Source: a virus (lineage: Duplodnaviria > Caudoviricetes). Taken from it: a stretch of DNA of 40,912 nucleotides. The first letter of the stretch is position 1; each line of letters begins with the position of its first letter. The DNA lies in the IMG/VR virus record IMGVR_UViG_3300011425_000201, positions 1 to 40,912 of that record; one strand, 5' to 3'. The notes beneath the pieces are model-generated. The model was not told where the DNA came from, did not search any database, and saw only the letters and a list, made by a program, of their open reading frames with translations. This document shows positions 7,893 through 15,951 of the stretch, piece after piece. Both the position numbers and the translations under genes were made by a program.

Positions 7893-7977
7893 GATGCCGT
7901 GAAGGGGCACATTCCACACACTGTGAGCGCTCGCACGCATCCTTCGCACCTCCGTTTCCAACTCATTATATTATTCA

Positions 7978-8466
7978 ATGCCGCCAACTCCCACTGAAAT
8001 AGTCGAGTCCGAAATCCGACCTTTTGCCAAGGATTGGGAAGATCCCAAACCAGGTGAAGAGCACTACAGCACCAATCAATTGATCGCGGCATACGAGGCC
8101 GGCTACGCGAAGGGCCTTGGGGTACAGGCGCTTGTTAAAGAAAAATTCGAACGGAACATCGGTAGATCCGGATCCGACACAAAAAAGTTGATCAGCAAGC
8201 TCCAGGAATATGGCTTCACGCCCGCCGCGGCCCGGCTCAAGGTGGTTTCATGGGAACAATTTGAGGTATTGGTTACTTTATCCGAAGTTGAATACTTGGA
8301 TGAAAAATTCGAGAGTATATATGAGTTCGTTGGAGAATTAGAGAACTCTTCCCGCGAAGAAAATTACAGCATTAATTTTCGTTTCTGCCCCGAACTCGAC
8401 GGCTTCGACGAGCAAAAAGTTAAATCTGATGGATTCACTCTTCATCATCGATCGCTCGCCCAATGA
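7978..8466 (+). CDS. Hypothetical acidic protein, putative partner/antitoxin of downstream HEPN protein
   Basis: 162 aa; ATGA overlap with the HEPN gene; no canonical GS..DxD MNT motif. Confidence 0.7.
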   Translation: MPPTPTEIVESEIRPFAKDWEDPKPGEEHYSTNQLIAAYEAGYAKGLGVQALVKEKFERNIGRSGSDTKKLISKLQEYGFTPAAARLKVVSWEQFEVLVTLSEVEYLDEKFESIYEFVGELENSSREENYSINFRFCPELDGFDEQKVKSDGFTLHHRSLAQ

Positions 8467-8903
8467 GTTTGGAGCATGCAGAGCACAACGAGGCTCTGTG
8501 TCATAAGCTTTTCGCGGAAGGATCGTGGAACGATTGGGTTGTAACCACGGCATTCTATGCCGCGATTCATTTCTTAGAGCAACGTCTCTTCCCTCTCAAG
8601 TTAAAGCAAGCTGAGTATGCTTCGTTCGACGAATACTATCCGAGTCGAATCGATGGCAGCAGAACTCAACATGCCTGCCGAGACAGGCTCGTCTACGATA
8701 GGCTTCGTAAGGCACATGCAGCATACCGATTTCTCTTTGATTCATGTCGAACCGCGCGCTATTACGACTACGGGACGACTCATGCCATTGCGGAGGCGGC
8801 ACGACTAAAACTTGCAGTCGTAAAATCACTCTGCGTTGCCGTTAAGGCTCCTATGGCCCCTCCCTCCATTGCAACTCCTTCTCCGCTGCCACAAAACAAC
8901 TGA
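8463..8903 (+). CDS. HEPN-domain protein (putative RNase toxin)
   Basis: DWVVTTAFYAAIH helix motif, conserved H, and C-terminal RTARYY (RxxxxY-type) motif. Confidence 0.72.
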   Translation: MSLEHAEHNEALCHKLFAEGSWNDWVVTTAFYAAIHFLEQRLFPLKLKQAEYASFDEYYPSRIDGSRTQHACRDRLVYDRLRKAHAAYRFLFDSCRTARYYDYGTTHAIAEAARLKLAVVKSLCVAVKAPMAPPSIATPSPLPQNN

Positions 8904-8925
8904 TCCCTTTATTTCGAGAGGCAAT

Positions 8926-8952
8926 AAAAAGGGCCGCCCGGATAACGGCCCT
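8926..8952 (-). terminator. Intrinsic terminator ending the late/lysis transcript
   Basis: AGGGCCG/CGGCCCT stem with A-tract at 8926-8930 (U-tract on minus strand). Confidence 0.75.
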
Positions 8953-9007
8953 GCACACTGAATCGGAGATTTGAGGAGGGAATTGGGGAGGGAATGGATC
9001 GAGGATC

Positions 9008-9664
9008 TTAGAACGATAACGCCTGATAGCTCAGGAAATACTCTTCAGTTTCTTTATGCGCAAACGCCCCTCCGGTCACTTTCCCGATACGAACTACAGC
9101 ACCTATGCCTATGGATCCGTTCCAGCTGGCGCCCAAACTGAGACTTACGAAGGATCCGATCGGGGGCAGGAGATCTCGCTTTTCGGTGATTGTTTCCCGT
9201 CCATCGAAGGTGAAGGGATCGATGCTTAGATTCTGCAGCTCGAATAGGTTCGCCGGCGCGCCTATGAACCGAAGCTTGAGATGCACTCGCAGCTTTGCCG
9301 ATGATACGGACGTATCCGATTCAGTGACGCTCGTCGCCCTCGCAGCGACCTGGAGAGTCGTATCCAATGGCCAGACTGGCACCATGACCGGCTGAGGCGC
9401 CTTCAGCGGCTCGTTCGAGGTCGTAATTGGAGGGGCGGTCTTCCTTCTCTCCTGCAGACGCCGCTTCAATTCCTGGTTCTCCAGGGTCAGCTCGTCCAGC
9501 GCAACACTATCGCCCTTTGCCTCTATCAGGAGATTCTTCACCGGATCGACATTGACCGTCGTCGGTGCAATGACCGTCTTTTCCTCAATCGTAGATCTTC
9601 CCAGGAAGAAGCCAGCGGCCAGAATGGCCAGGGCGCAGAGGAATATTATTAGAATATTTTTCAT
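9008..9664 (-). CDS. Lysis-associated membrane protein, spanin-like candidate
   Basis: N-terminal TM, coiled coil (LDELTLENQELKRRLQE), C-terminal amphipathic beta strands ending in Phe; last gene of lysis cassette. Confidence 0.6.
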   Translation of the reverse strand: MKNILIIFLCALAILAAGFFLGRSTIEEKTVIAPTTVNVDPVKNLLIEAKGDSVALDELTLENQELKRRLQERRKTAPPITTSNEPLKAPQPVMVPVWPLDTTLQVAARATSVTESDTSVSSAKLRVHLKLRFIGAPANLFELQNLSIDPFTFDGRETITEKRDLLPPIGSFVSLSLGASWNGSIGIGAVVRIGKVTGGAFAHKETEEYFLSYQALSF

Positions 9665-9740
9665 GGCATTTTACAAAGAAGCGACCGCCCCCCGGAGCGG
9701 AACCGAGGGGCAGGGACCGGAGCACCGAAATCCCATCGCT

Positions 9741-9998
9741 TCAATTCTCAGCAACGTCCCTGCAGATATATCCTTTGGTTTTTCCGTACGTGACGATGAC
9801 CGGCCGAGTCTCCGTGAAGGGAAACGGCGGGGGTTGGGGCGCCTCAGGCTGGACGGCCGGCGCCGGCGCAGGATCTGCCTGGGGAGACACCACCTTGCGA
9901 TCGGAAAGCTTCTTTATGAACTCGACGATCTCTGAGGGCTCGCCGGCGATGCTCATTTTGAAGTCTCCAAAAGAGAGATCAACCTTAATCATTTCCAT
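9741..9998 (-). CDS. Small Pro-rich hypothetical protein (85 aa)
   Basis: Start reassigned to ATG 9998 (TGATG overlap with the DUF5675 stop). Confidence 0.55.
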   Translation of the reverse strand: MEMIKVDLSFGDFKMSIAGEPSEIVEFIKKLSDRKVVSPQADPAPAPAVQPEAPQPPPFPFTETRPVIVTYGKTKGYICRDVAEN

Positions 9999-10456
9999 CA
10001 GTCCATCACTTTCCTGGCCATTGCGGCCTTCGCAATTTCGATATATACTTCTTCGACGGCGAGCGCCTCTTTGACGGCATTGAAGAGCTTCGGCATGATG
10101 ACAAGCCCTCCGTGTACAGCATCCTTCGCTTTCGAGCTCCCTACCAGCGGACACCCTTCGGTATCCTCGGCCTTCGCTCCTGAATGGATCCTCACGCCTT
10201 CGAAGGCAGGGACGGCGAAGATCTGAATCATATCTTTCTGGAATCGGTTCGAGAAGGTTATCCCCACTTTGTAATGACCGTAAGGGATCGCCGTCTTACC
10301 CGGGACCTTCATCGATCGGAGCTGGGCGAGATCCATCGAATCATCCAATCCTCGGTCTTTATCTTCAAGTGTATAGGAAAAGAACTCGCCATCGATCGAC
10401 AGCGAGCCGATCGAGGTAATTTCCGAGAATTCTTCACGAACAATTTTAAGGTCCAT
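9998..10456 (-). CDS. DUF5675-family L,D-transpeptidase-like protein, putative endolysin
   Basis: SIGSLSIDG..YTLED...IPYGHY...GVRIHSG...DTEGCPLVG (HxG...GC catalytic motif); next to holin-like genes; start ATG 10456 or TTG 10462. Confidence 0.8.
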   Translation of the reverse strand: MDLKIVREEFSEITSIGSLSIDGEFFSYTLEDKDRGLDDSMDLAQLRSMKVPGKTAIPYGHYKVGITFSNRFQKDMIQIFAVPAFEGVRIHSGAKAEDTEGCPLVGSSKAKDAVHGGLVIMPKLFNAVKEALAVEEVYIEIAKAAMARKVMD

Positions 10457-10548
10457 AATCAATAGCGAGGGCGCCCGCGGGGTTGCACCCGGGGAGGCGC
10501 CGGGTGAGCCGGGGAAAGGTGGCTGAAGACGCCCTCGCTCCCTTTCTT

Positions 10549-10968
10549 TTAGTTTAATTGTGAGAGCTGGTGTACGCTCTTTGCTTTGAGCAATCCGAGC
10601 ACGGAATCAAAGATGCCGAGCTTATACAGGATCATGGAGAGCACGCCATTGGTCACGCTCTTGAGGAGAAACTGCCAATAGTCCGATATCGGGACCGGAA
10701 TAATGCCGAGCAACGAGGCGCCTGCGGTAAGGACGATCGCAACCACCAGCGTTTGGATCACCATCGCGATCCCGGAGGCATTCGTCCATTTCGCGGCGAT
10801 CCATCCGGAGACAAGCATTCCGAGTCCGCCGTTTGCCATCAGCGTAAGGATGAATTCCTGCGTATCGAAGGTGGAACCGGGTTTGTCCTGGGCCCAGAGC
10901 ATGGCGGGAACAAACAGCGAGGCGACAGCGAAGAGCGCCATCAGCACGATGATTCGGAAACGTTTCAT
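10549..10968 (-). CDS. Holin-like multi-pass membrane protein
   Basis: Signal-like N-terminus (LWA-Q) plus about three TM helices; upstream of endolysin. Confidence 0.65.
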   Translation of the reverse strand: MKRFRIIVLMALFAVASLFVPAMLWAQDKPGSTFDTQEFILTLMANGGLGMLVSGWIAAKWTNASGIAMVIQTLVVAIVLTAGASLLGIIPVPISDYWQFLLKSVTNGVLSMILYKLGIFDSVLGLLKAKSVHQLSQLN

Positions 10969-10972
10969 GGGA

Positions 10973-11353
10973 TTACCCTTTCTCTTCTTCGGTTTCTGAT
11001 TCTGTGGATTGTCTGTTTTTCTTCATGAGAGCAGCGATAGTCCGCCCCGTTTCGGTCGCATGATTGAGCGGACGATATCGGTTCTTTGTGTCGACCACTT
11101 CCTTGCCGGTGTAACCCCTCGCCATCTTCCAAAGGGCAGTGAGCGATCCGGTGACGATCGCGACGCCGAGGAAGATGCCGACGATCCTCTGGCCTCCGGT
11201 AATGCTTCCCAGGAAGGCGACTGACGCCTGAGCATTGGAGCCCTCGGAGTCGGCATGATAGAGACAGAAGACGATGACGAAGCTTCCAAGCCCGAACATC
11301 AGGACGCAAAGTAGGAGATATACGATCGAGATAGCCGCGCGTAGTGGGATCAT
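10973..11353 (-). CDS. Two-TM membrane protein (holin/antiholin-like)
   Basis: Two hydrophobic helices and a charged C-tail; ATGA coupling. Confidence 0.6.
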   Translation of the reverse strand: MIPLRAAISIVYLLLCVLMFGLGSFVIVFCLYHADSEGSNAQASVAFLGSITGGQRIVGIFLGVAIVTGSLTALWKMARGYTGKEVVDTKNRYRPLNHATETGRTIAALMKKNRQSTESETEEEKG

Positions 11354-11694
11354 TTTGATGTCCTGGCGATCTCGATGCGGAGCAGATTGACCTCTTTGGC
11401 GAGGTTTTCGATATTCGCATTGAGCGAGGTCAGCTGATACTTAAACACTTCCATTTCTCTTTCGACTTTTTGCAGTCTGAGCTCGTGGTCATCGGTCGAG
11501 GATATGATATTCTGCAGCTGATAGTCCTTGGCCCCTTTCTCGACTGCTATTGCCCAAAATGTAGTGATTGCAAATATGGATCCGACTACAATGCCGGAAC
11601 CCATAATCTTCATCCAATCGGAAAAACGCTGTTTCACCTGCGTTTGCAATTCGCTCATTACGGTCCTCAGTTGATTATAGGTTTTCGTAAACAT
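11350..11694 (-). CDS. TM plus coiled-coil protein (lysis-associated)
   Basis: One TM followed by heptad coiled coil; start may be the second Met. Confidence 0.6.
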   Translation of the reverse strand: MFTKTYNQLRTVMSELQTQVKQRFSDWMKIMGSGIVVGSIFAITTFWAIAVEKGAKDYQLQNIISSTDDHELRLQKVEREMEVFKYQLTSLNANIENLAKEVNLLRIEIARTSK

Positions 11695-11986
11695 GTCGCA
11701 CCGCGATATCCGTTCGCCATTCGCCTGCCGCGAGTATGACGCGCCCTTGGATCTTCCAATCCCCGACGCCGTCGAGATCTCCGGAGACGGTTACATATTT
11801 GATCTTGCCATCGGTCCCGTTGGTCGAAAAGGCTGCCGCCTTTGTGAGCTTCGCATTGTTTGGCTTGACGAAGATGATTTCCTTAGTCGATGCCGCGCTC
11901 ACGTCGACTATGTTTCCATCCTGGTCCTTGATGGTCCGCTCAATGATAACGCCGATGTCGCCTACTCTCAATTCTCCAGCAGCCAT
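11675..11986 (-). CDS. BppU-N-like / Ig-like phage tail accessory protein
   Basis: GDIG..I...IKD.DG..VD.S...FVKP...GKIKY....GDLD.VG.WKIQ pattern; GAGG RBS. Confidence 0.6.
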   Translation of the reverse strand: MAAGELRVGDIGVIIERTIKDQDGNIVDVSAASTKEIIFVKPNNAKLTKAAAFSTNGTDGKIKYVTVSGDLDGVGDWKIQGRVILAAGEWRTDIAVRHVYENL

Positions 11987-13090
11987 TTAGAGATTTCCTT
12001 CCTCGGAATCTTTTTGCACAATGTATCCCACGACAGCGTCCTTAAACATGATGTATCCGTCGATCGACACCTTTGTGACGATGTTGCCATCGATCGATAT
12101 CTTGACCGCGAAATCCGTCGGCAGAATGATCCGTTCGACCAGCGCGCCGGCCGGCAGCTTGATATAGACCGGGTGTCTCATCGAGACTGGCAGCCGGCGC
12201 GGCTCATTCATGCGCGCGAACCACTTGTCGAGCGTTATCACCTCCGGAGGTATTACCAGTGGATTTTGATACGTCCCATGCTGAAGGAGTTTTGGACGTA
12301 TATAGAATCTCACCGGGACCGAAGGATTCCACTTATCGAGCGTTATAACTTCCGGCACGACCATGGCATAATCCGGCTGCAACTCGTTGAACTGGAGCGG
12401 CCTCTTCACCCGGTTGATGATGTCGGGATACTCGCCGAGCCACTTATCCAGCCCGGGCATCTCCAGCCAGCTTGTGAGGACCGGTTCCTTATAGTCCGGA
12501 TGTTGGGGATAGTGTTTCTCACGCTGACGGTCGGGATTGGACGGGATCCACTTATCGAGGGTGACGAGCTCGGGGACCACGATCGAGAAATCCGACTGCA
12601 CCTGATTAAACTGCAGCGGCTTCTTGAGCCTGTTGATGATATCCGGATACTCGCCGAGCCATTTATCGAGCCCTGGTGCCTCGACCCAGCTCGTCAGGAG
12701 CGGATACGAAGAATCGGCACGGACCAAACGCCTTGGAGTCGGCCGATATTCAGGGAGCTCCGGCGTCCAATCTGCGAGGATTTGTACCTGGCTTACGACC
12801 GAGAAATCGGGCTGGGCTTCTTCGATCGGTACAACTCTTTTCGGCCGACGGATGATATCAGGCAGTTCTCCCATCCACTTATCCAGCCCGGGCGTCTCAG
12901 CTGAAGAAGTTCCAAGTGAAACGAAGAAGCACGACCCGGCCAGGATCGCAACGGAGAGGGCTTTTCGCAGCTTTGGGGTAGCATCAGGAGTAAGACGGTT
13001 CCATTTGTCAAGCGTGATTGTTTCTGCCGCTGCCGGCGGCAGGGTAGGCCTCGCCCATATCTGATATTGCCTGGTAGACGTCTGCATCAA
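11987..13090 (-). CDS. Repeat protein with eight LDKW-type repeats (tail/fibre-associated)
   Basis: Repeats of (I/V)TLDKW and PGLDKW about every 36 aa, in 72-73 aa higher-order units; ATGA coupling. Confidence 0.75.
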   Translation of the reverse strand: MMQTSTRQYQIWARPTLPPAAAETITLDKWNRLTPDATPKLRKALSVAILAGSCFFVSLGTSSAETPGLDKWMGELPDIIRRPKRVVPIEEAQPDFSVVSQVQILADWTPELPEYRPTPRRLVRADSSYPLLTSWVEAPGLDKWLGEYPDIINRLKKPLQFNQVQSDFSIVVPELVTLDKWIPSNPDRQREKHYPQHPDYKEPVLTSWLEMPGLDKWLGEYPDIINRVKRPLQFNELQPDYAMVVPEVITLDKWNPSVPVRFYIRPKLLQHGTYQNPLVIPPEVITLDKWFARMNEPRRLPVSMRHPVYIKLPAGALVERIILPTDFAVKISIDGNIVTKVSIDGYIMFKDAVVGYIVQKDSEEGNL

Positions 13091-14331
13091 TATCCTACCA
13101 TTTGCTGGCGTTGGATTACCGGCAATTCAGTACCCCTAAGCCATCCAGTGGTCACCGATACAGCCGGGACATACTCGACAATAATCGCCATGTAATCGAC
13201 GCAGATCTGTTCGCTGATTCCTGCCCCGCTCGTGAAATCTCCGATCACCCGGTGGACAGGCGAGGTGCCTTTGGTGACCGAGGGAGCGTAAATCACATCG
13301 CCGTATTGAGTCACCCAGTCGGTATCGAGTTCGGTTCCATGAGCAGTCGTACCGATTGCCGCGCTCGATGTTTCACTGCCAGTAGGATTCGAGACGATCT
13401 GTTGACGAAAAACAAGATTGGGATCGACATCATGATTTCCGTAACGCGCCATCGGTTGAACAAGAGAGATCGTATCGCCTGCTCCGACTCCGCCAGTAGT
13501 ATAATCGGTCGAGTTCAGATCACAATTATAGTTGAGCGTATCGGTCGCAATAACCCGGATGTTTGTCGTCGCTGTCTCAGAGGAGTTCCCAAGAGGTGGT
13601 TCGTTGTCCACCCCATCATGAAGATTCGTTGTCCCCCCGGCGCCTGTCCGCCATGAGCCGATTGAATTGTTGCTGACCGGGTTAAGATGCACGACCTTGC
13701 CCGCGGGGTCTGGATATCCGTTCTCGCTCCCACCCGTTGCATCGTTGATGGCGATGTCGTCGTATCGGCATCCTTTGTTCGCGCTGTTCCACGCTCCGCC
13801 CGAGAACCCAAAGTAGAGAAGATTCGCCGTCGTTCGAGACGTGGTATCTGTCAGGGTTTCCAGCAACGTCGTGCCGGTCGCATCATAAAGCTTCGCTTCC
13901 TGAATGGAGGACGCGCCCGCGAGATACACCTGAAATAGAATCACATACCACGTGTTAAGCGCCAACGTCACCGATCCCGTCGAAAGAAGCGTCCCGCCGT
14001 AGTACAGAGCCATTTTCCCCGTTGATGTTATCCCGACCCTACTACGAGTCCCTCCTGGTTCGGCAAACAAGTGATTCTGCGGCGGTCCTCCATCATCATA
14101 CCCGCGAACGTAAATTGCCACCCTCATGTATCCCCGTGCGATTGAACCCGAAGCGAAACGCGCGGCGTAACCGGTGTAAGCGGCTGTTGCGTAACACTCA
14201 TAGCAGTACGATCCGCTTCGAGGTGATGTGGCGATGGCTGATGGCCAGTTGCTCCCATCCAAGATGAGGTTCTCTGCCGAGCCAACGCCCGTCTGATTCG
14301 CTTCCGCGCCTACTGTGAACAGTCGTGCCAT
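13087..14331 (-). CDS. Putative tail fibre / receptor-binding protein with ConA/LamG-like beta-sandwich
   Basis: G/S/T-rich; LALNTWYVI...YDDIAIND pattern; tail-tip cluster. Confidence 0.6.
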   Translation of the reverse strand: MARLFTVGAEANQTGVGSAENLILDGSNWPSAIATSPRSGSYCYECYATAAYTGYAARFASGSIARGYMRVAIYVRGYDDGGPPQNHLFAEPGGTRSRVGITSTGKMALYYGGTLLSTGSVTLALNTWYVILFQVYLAGASSIQEAKLYDATGTTLLETLTDTTSRTTANLLYFGFSGGAWNSANKGCRYDDIAINDATGGSENGYPDPAGKVVHLNPVSNNSIGSWRTGAGGTTNLHDGVDNEPPLGNSSETATTNIRVIATDTLNYNCDLNSTDYTTGGVGAGDTISLVQPMARYGNHDVDPNLVFRQQIVSNPTGSETSSAAIGTTAHGTELDTDWVTQYGDVIYAPSVTKGTSPVHRVIGDFTSGAGISEQICVDYMAIIVEYVPAVSVTTGWLRGTELPVIQRQQMVGY

Positions 14332-14591
14332 CAGGGAATGAACGGAGTTATCTCAGGGGGCTGGGGTAGATTTTGCAGATTAGTCCAGAACAAAACTTTC
14401 AGCGGTTCATCCTTCGTGCCCTCGATGTACCACCGGTCGCCGAGCTTCCATTGGTTTTCGGCGTACCATCCATGCCGGTACGATGCGAGTCCTTCTACGA
14501 TGATCCAGACGACGACGTAGGGCGTCGGCAGCTTCGCCTTCGGGTCCGACCAGTTTTTCGTGTCCGTATAGTCGAGTTTCTCTTCTGGCAT
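14331..14591 (-). CDS. Small Trp-rich protein, DUF551-like
   Basis: W.D...KLP....VV.W...GWY...W...V.FW..L..LP.PP pattern; coupled on both sides. Confidence 0.55.
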   Translation of the reverse strand: MPEEKLDYTDTKNWSDPKAKLPTPYVVVWIIVEGLASYRHGWYAENQWKLGDRWYIEGTKDEPLKVLFWTNLQNLPQPPEITPFIP

Positions 14592-15574
14592 TACTTCTTC
14601 GGCGGTTTGACGACTGGTAGCTTCTTCGGCGTCTCGACGGAATCAGCAACCAGATTGAGCGCATCGTTCCATCCCGCGATGTATGTCTTCAGGGAATCAG
14701 CGCAGGCCACGCTCACGGTGTCGTAGAGGTGAACGATGTTCACCTTGAATGGCTGGTACACGCCAAACCCTTGTGTGTTGATCGCGCGGATGCCCGCTGT
14801 GTACCATCCCGAGAGATCGGTTACGTCCCATTCGGTGACGACGTAGAGAGAGTCCTTGGTGATGCGCTTCTGTTGCAGCGTGCCGGCGACGAGGGGCGAG
14901 TCCTGGGGATTCTGCAAAACAAAGTTCAGCGATGCGATCGGGAACGAATCGACCACCCATGCGGCGAACGTGAGGCGGTCATAGATCGTTGTCGAATCGT
15001 CGATGAAAAGATAGGACACTCTCGGAGGCTTGGGCACGACGGGTACACTCGGCGTACTGTCTCTGAAGGCAATGTCTTTCAACTCGGCAAAGATAGTGTC
15101 GCCTCCGTTGTTCTGCCAGTTGATGCCTTGCGGCATTAGAGCGCCCGGGTTTAATATCACGTAGGTAGTATCTATCGACCGCCACACGGTATCGCTCCTG
15201 AACGTCTTCGGCGACATTATTCCTGACGTGCTCGTCAGCCAAAAGGCGATCGTGCGGACCTTGTTTGCCCGAAACATAAAGTGTAACCGCCCATTCGAGC
15301 GTAAGCCCGCCGTGTCCATGTTTCCGGTGACCCCCCAGGGGGCATTTCGTACCCCGAAGCCATACCAGGGTCTGAGCGTGTCGCGTAAAATTCCCGACTG
15401 CGACGGCTTGCCCGTTGACCACCAGGGCGCACGGAATCCTGCGGCGTCGAGAACGACCTTTGGCGCGATTGCCTGCGCGGAGGCGCGATCGGACGTGCTC
15501 AACATGATCAAGATAAGCGCCATGATCAGGACGAGGCGTGTTAGAACTGATTGGCGTAATACGATAAACTTCAC
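14591..15574 (-). CDS. Secreted-type beta-rich protein with Sec signal peptide (327 aa)
   Basis: Start reassigned to GTG 15574 (AAAAGGAGAA RBS); MKFIVLRQ...ILIML...ASA-Q signal; beta-rich domains joined by a Pro linker. Confidence 0.7.
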   Translation of the reverse strand: MKFIVLRQSVLTRLVLIMALILIMLSTSDRASAQAIAPKVVLDAAGFRAPWWSTGKPSQSGILRDTLRPWYGFGVRNAPWGVTGNMDTAGLRSNGRLHFMFRANKVRTIAFWLTSTSGIMSPKTFRSDTVWRSIDTTYVILNPGALMPQGINWQNNGGDTIFAELKDIAFRDSTPSVPVVPKPPRVSYLFIDDSTTIYDRLTFAAWVVDSFPIASLNFVLQNPQDSPLVAGTLQQKRITKDSLYVVTEWDVTDLSGWYTAGIRAINTQGFGVYQPFKVNIVHLYDTVSVACADSLKTYIAGWNDALNLVADSVETPKKLPVVKPPKK

Positions 15575-15671
15575 TGAGTGTTCTCCTTTTCGATACTCTT
15601 CCAAGGCCCAGCACATAGCGGTTCCTTGAATCCTTCCCTGAAATCCACATTGGTCGTTTTCCAAGAGTTGG

Positions 15672-15950
15672 TCATCTTCCTGTCGCCAGGTTTGAGATCA
15701 ATCCTTTTTCGTACAGCTCAAGCCGCCGGTCGAACGGGACGCAATGATCGCAACCGGCAGCCCCGCAGGTGACCCTCATGCAGCACATGCAGAAGCCGCG
15801 CTTCTTGCCGGATCCCTTAATTGAGACGAAATGGCCCCCGCAATGACAGCACTGTAGCGTCGCAGCGACCTCCTTATCATCCAGGAGGATATATCCGGAT
15901 GGCTTTCTTTCATACTGCGAAATCGACGAGTCGGTAATAATGATTCCCAT
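15672..15950 (-). CDS. Cys-rich Zn-finger protein
   Basis: CCHC..H...CMCC...C...CDHC; GGAGG RBS. Confidence 0.7.
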   Translation of the reverse strand: MGIIITDSSISQYERKPSGYILLDDKEVAATLQCCHCGGHFVSIKGSGKKRGFCMCCMRVTCGAAGCDHCVPFDRRLELYEKGLISNLATGR

Positions 15951-15951
15951 C

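Noticed and set aside
7905-7935. lac operator/vector contamination (ATTCCACACA, TGTGAGCGCTC)
   Set aside because: Only short matches; flanks do not follow lac or vector sequence
12330-12900. Diversity-generating retroelement TR/VR pair or CRISPR array
   Set aside because: Copies differ at C/G/T, mostly synonymous, not adenine-specific; no reverse transcriptase or cas gene; repeats are in-frame coding
11693-12904. 403-aa plus-strand ORF
   Set aside because: Antisense shadow of coupled minus-strand genes; periodicity simply mirrors the LDKW repeats
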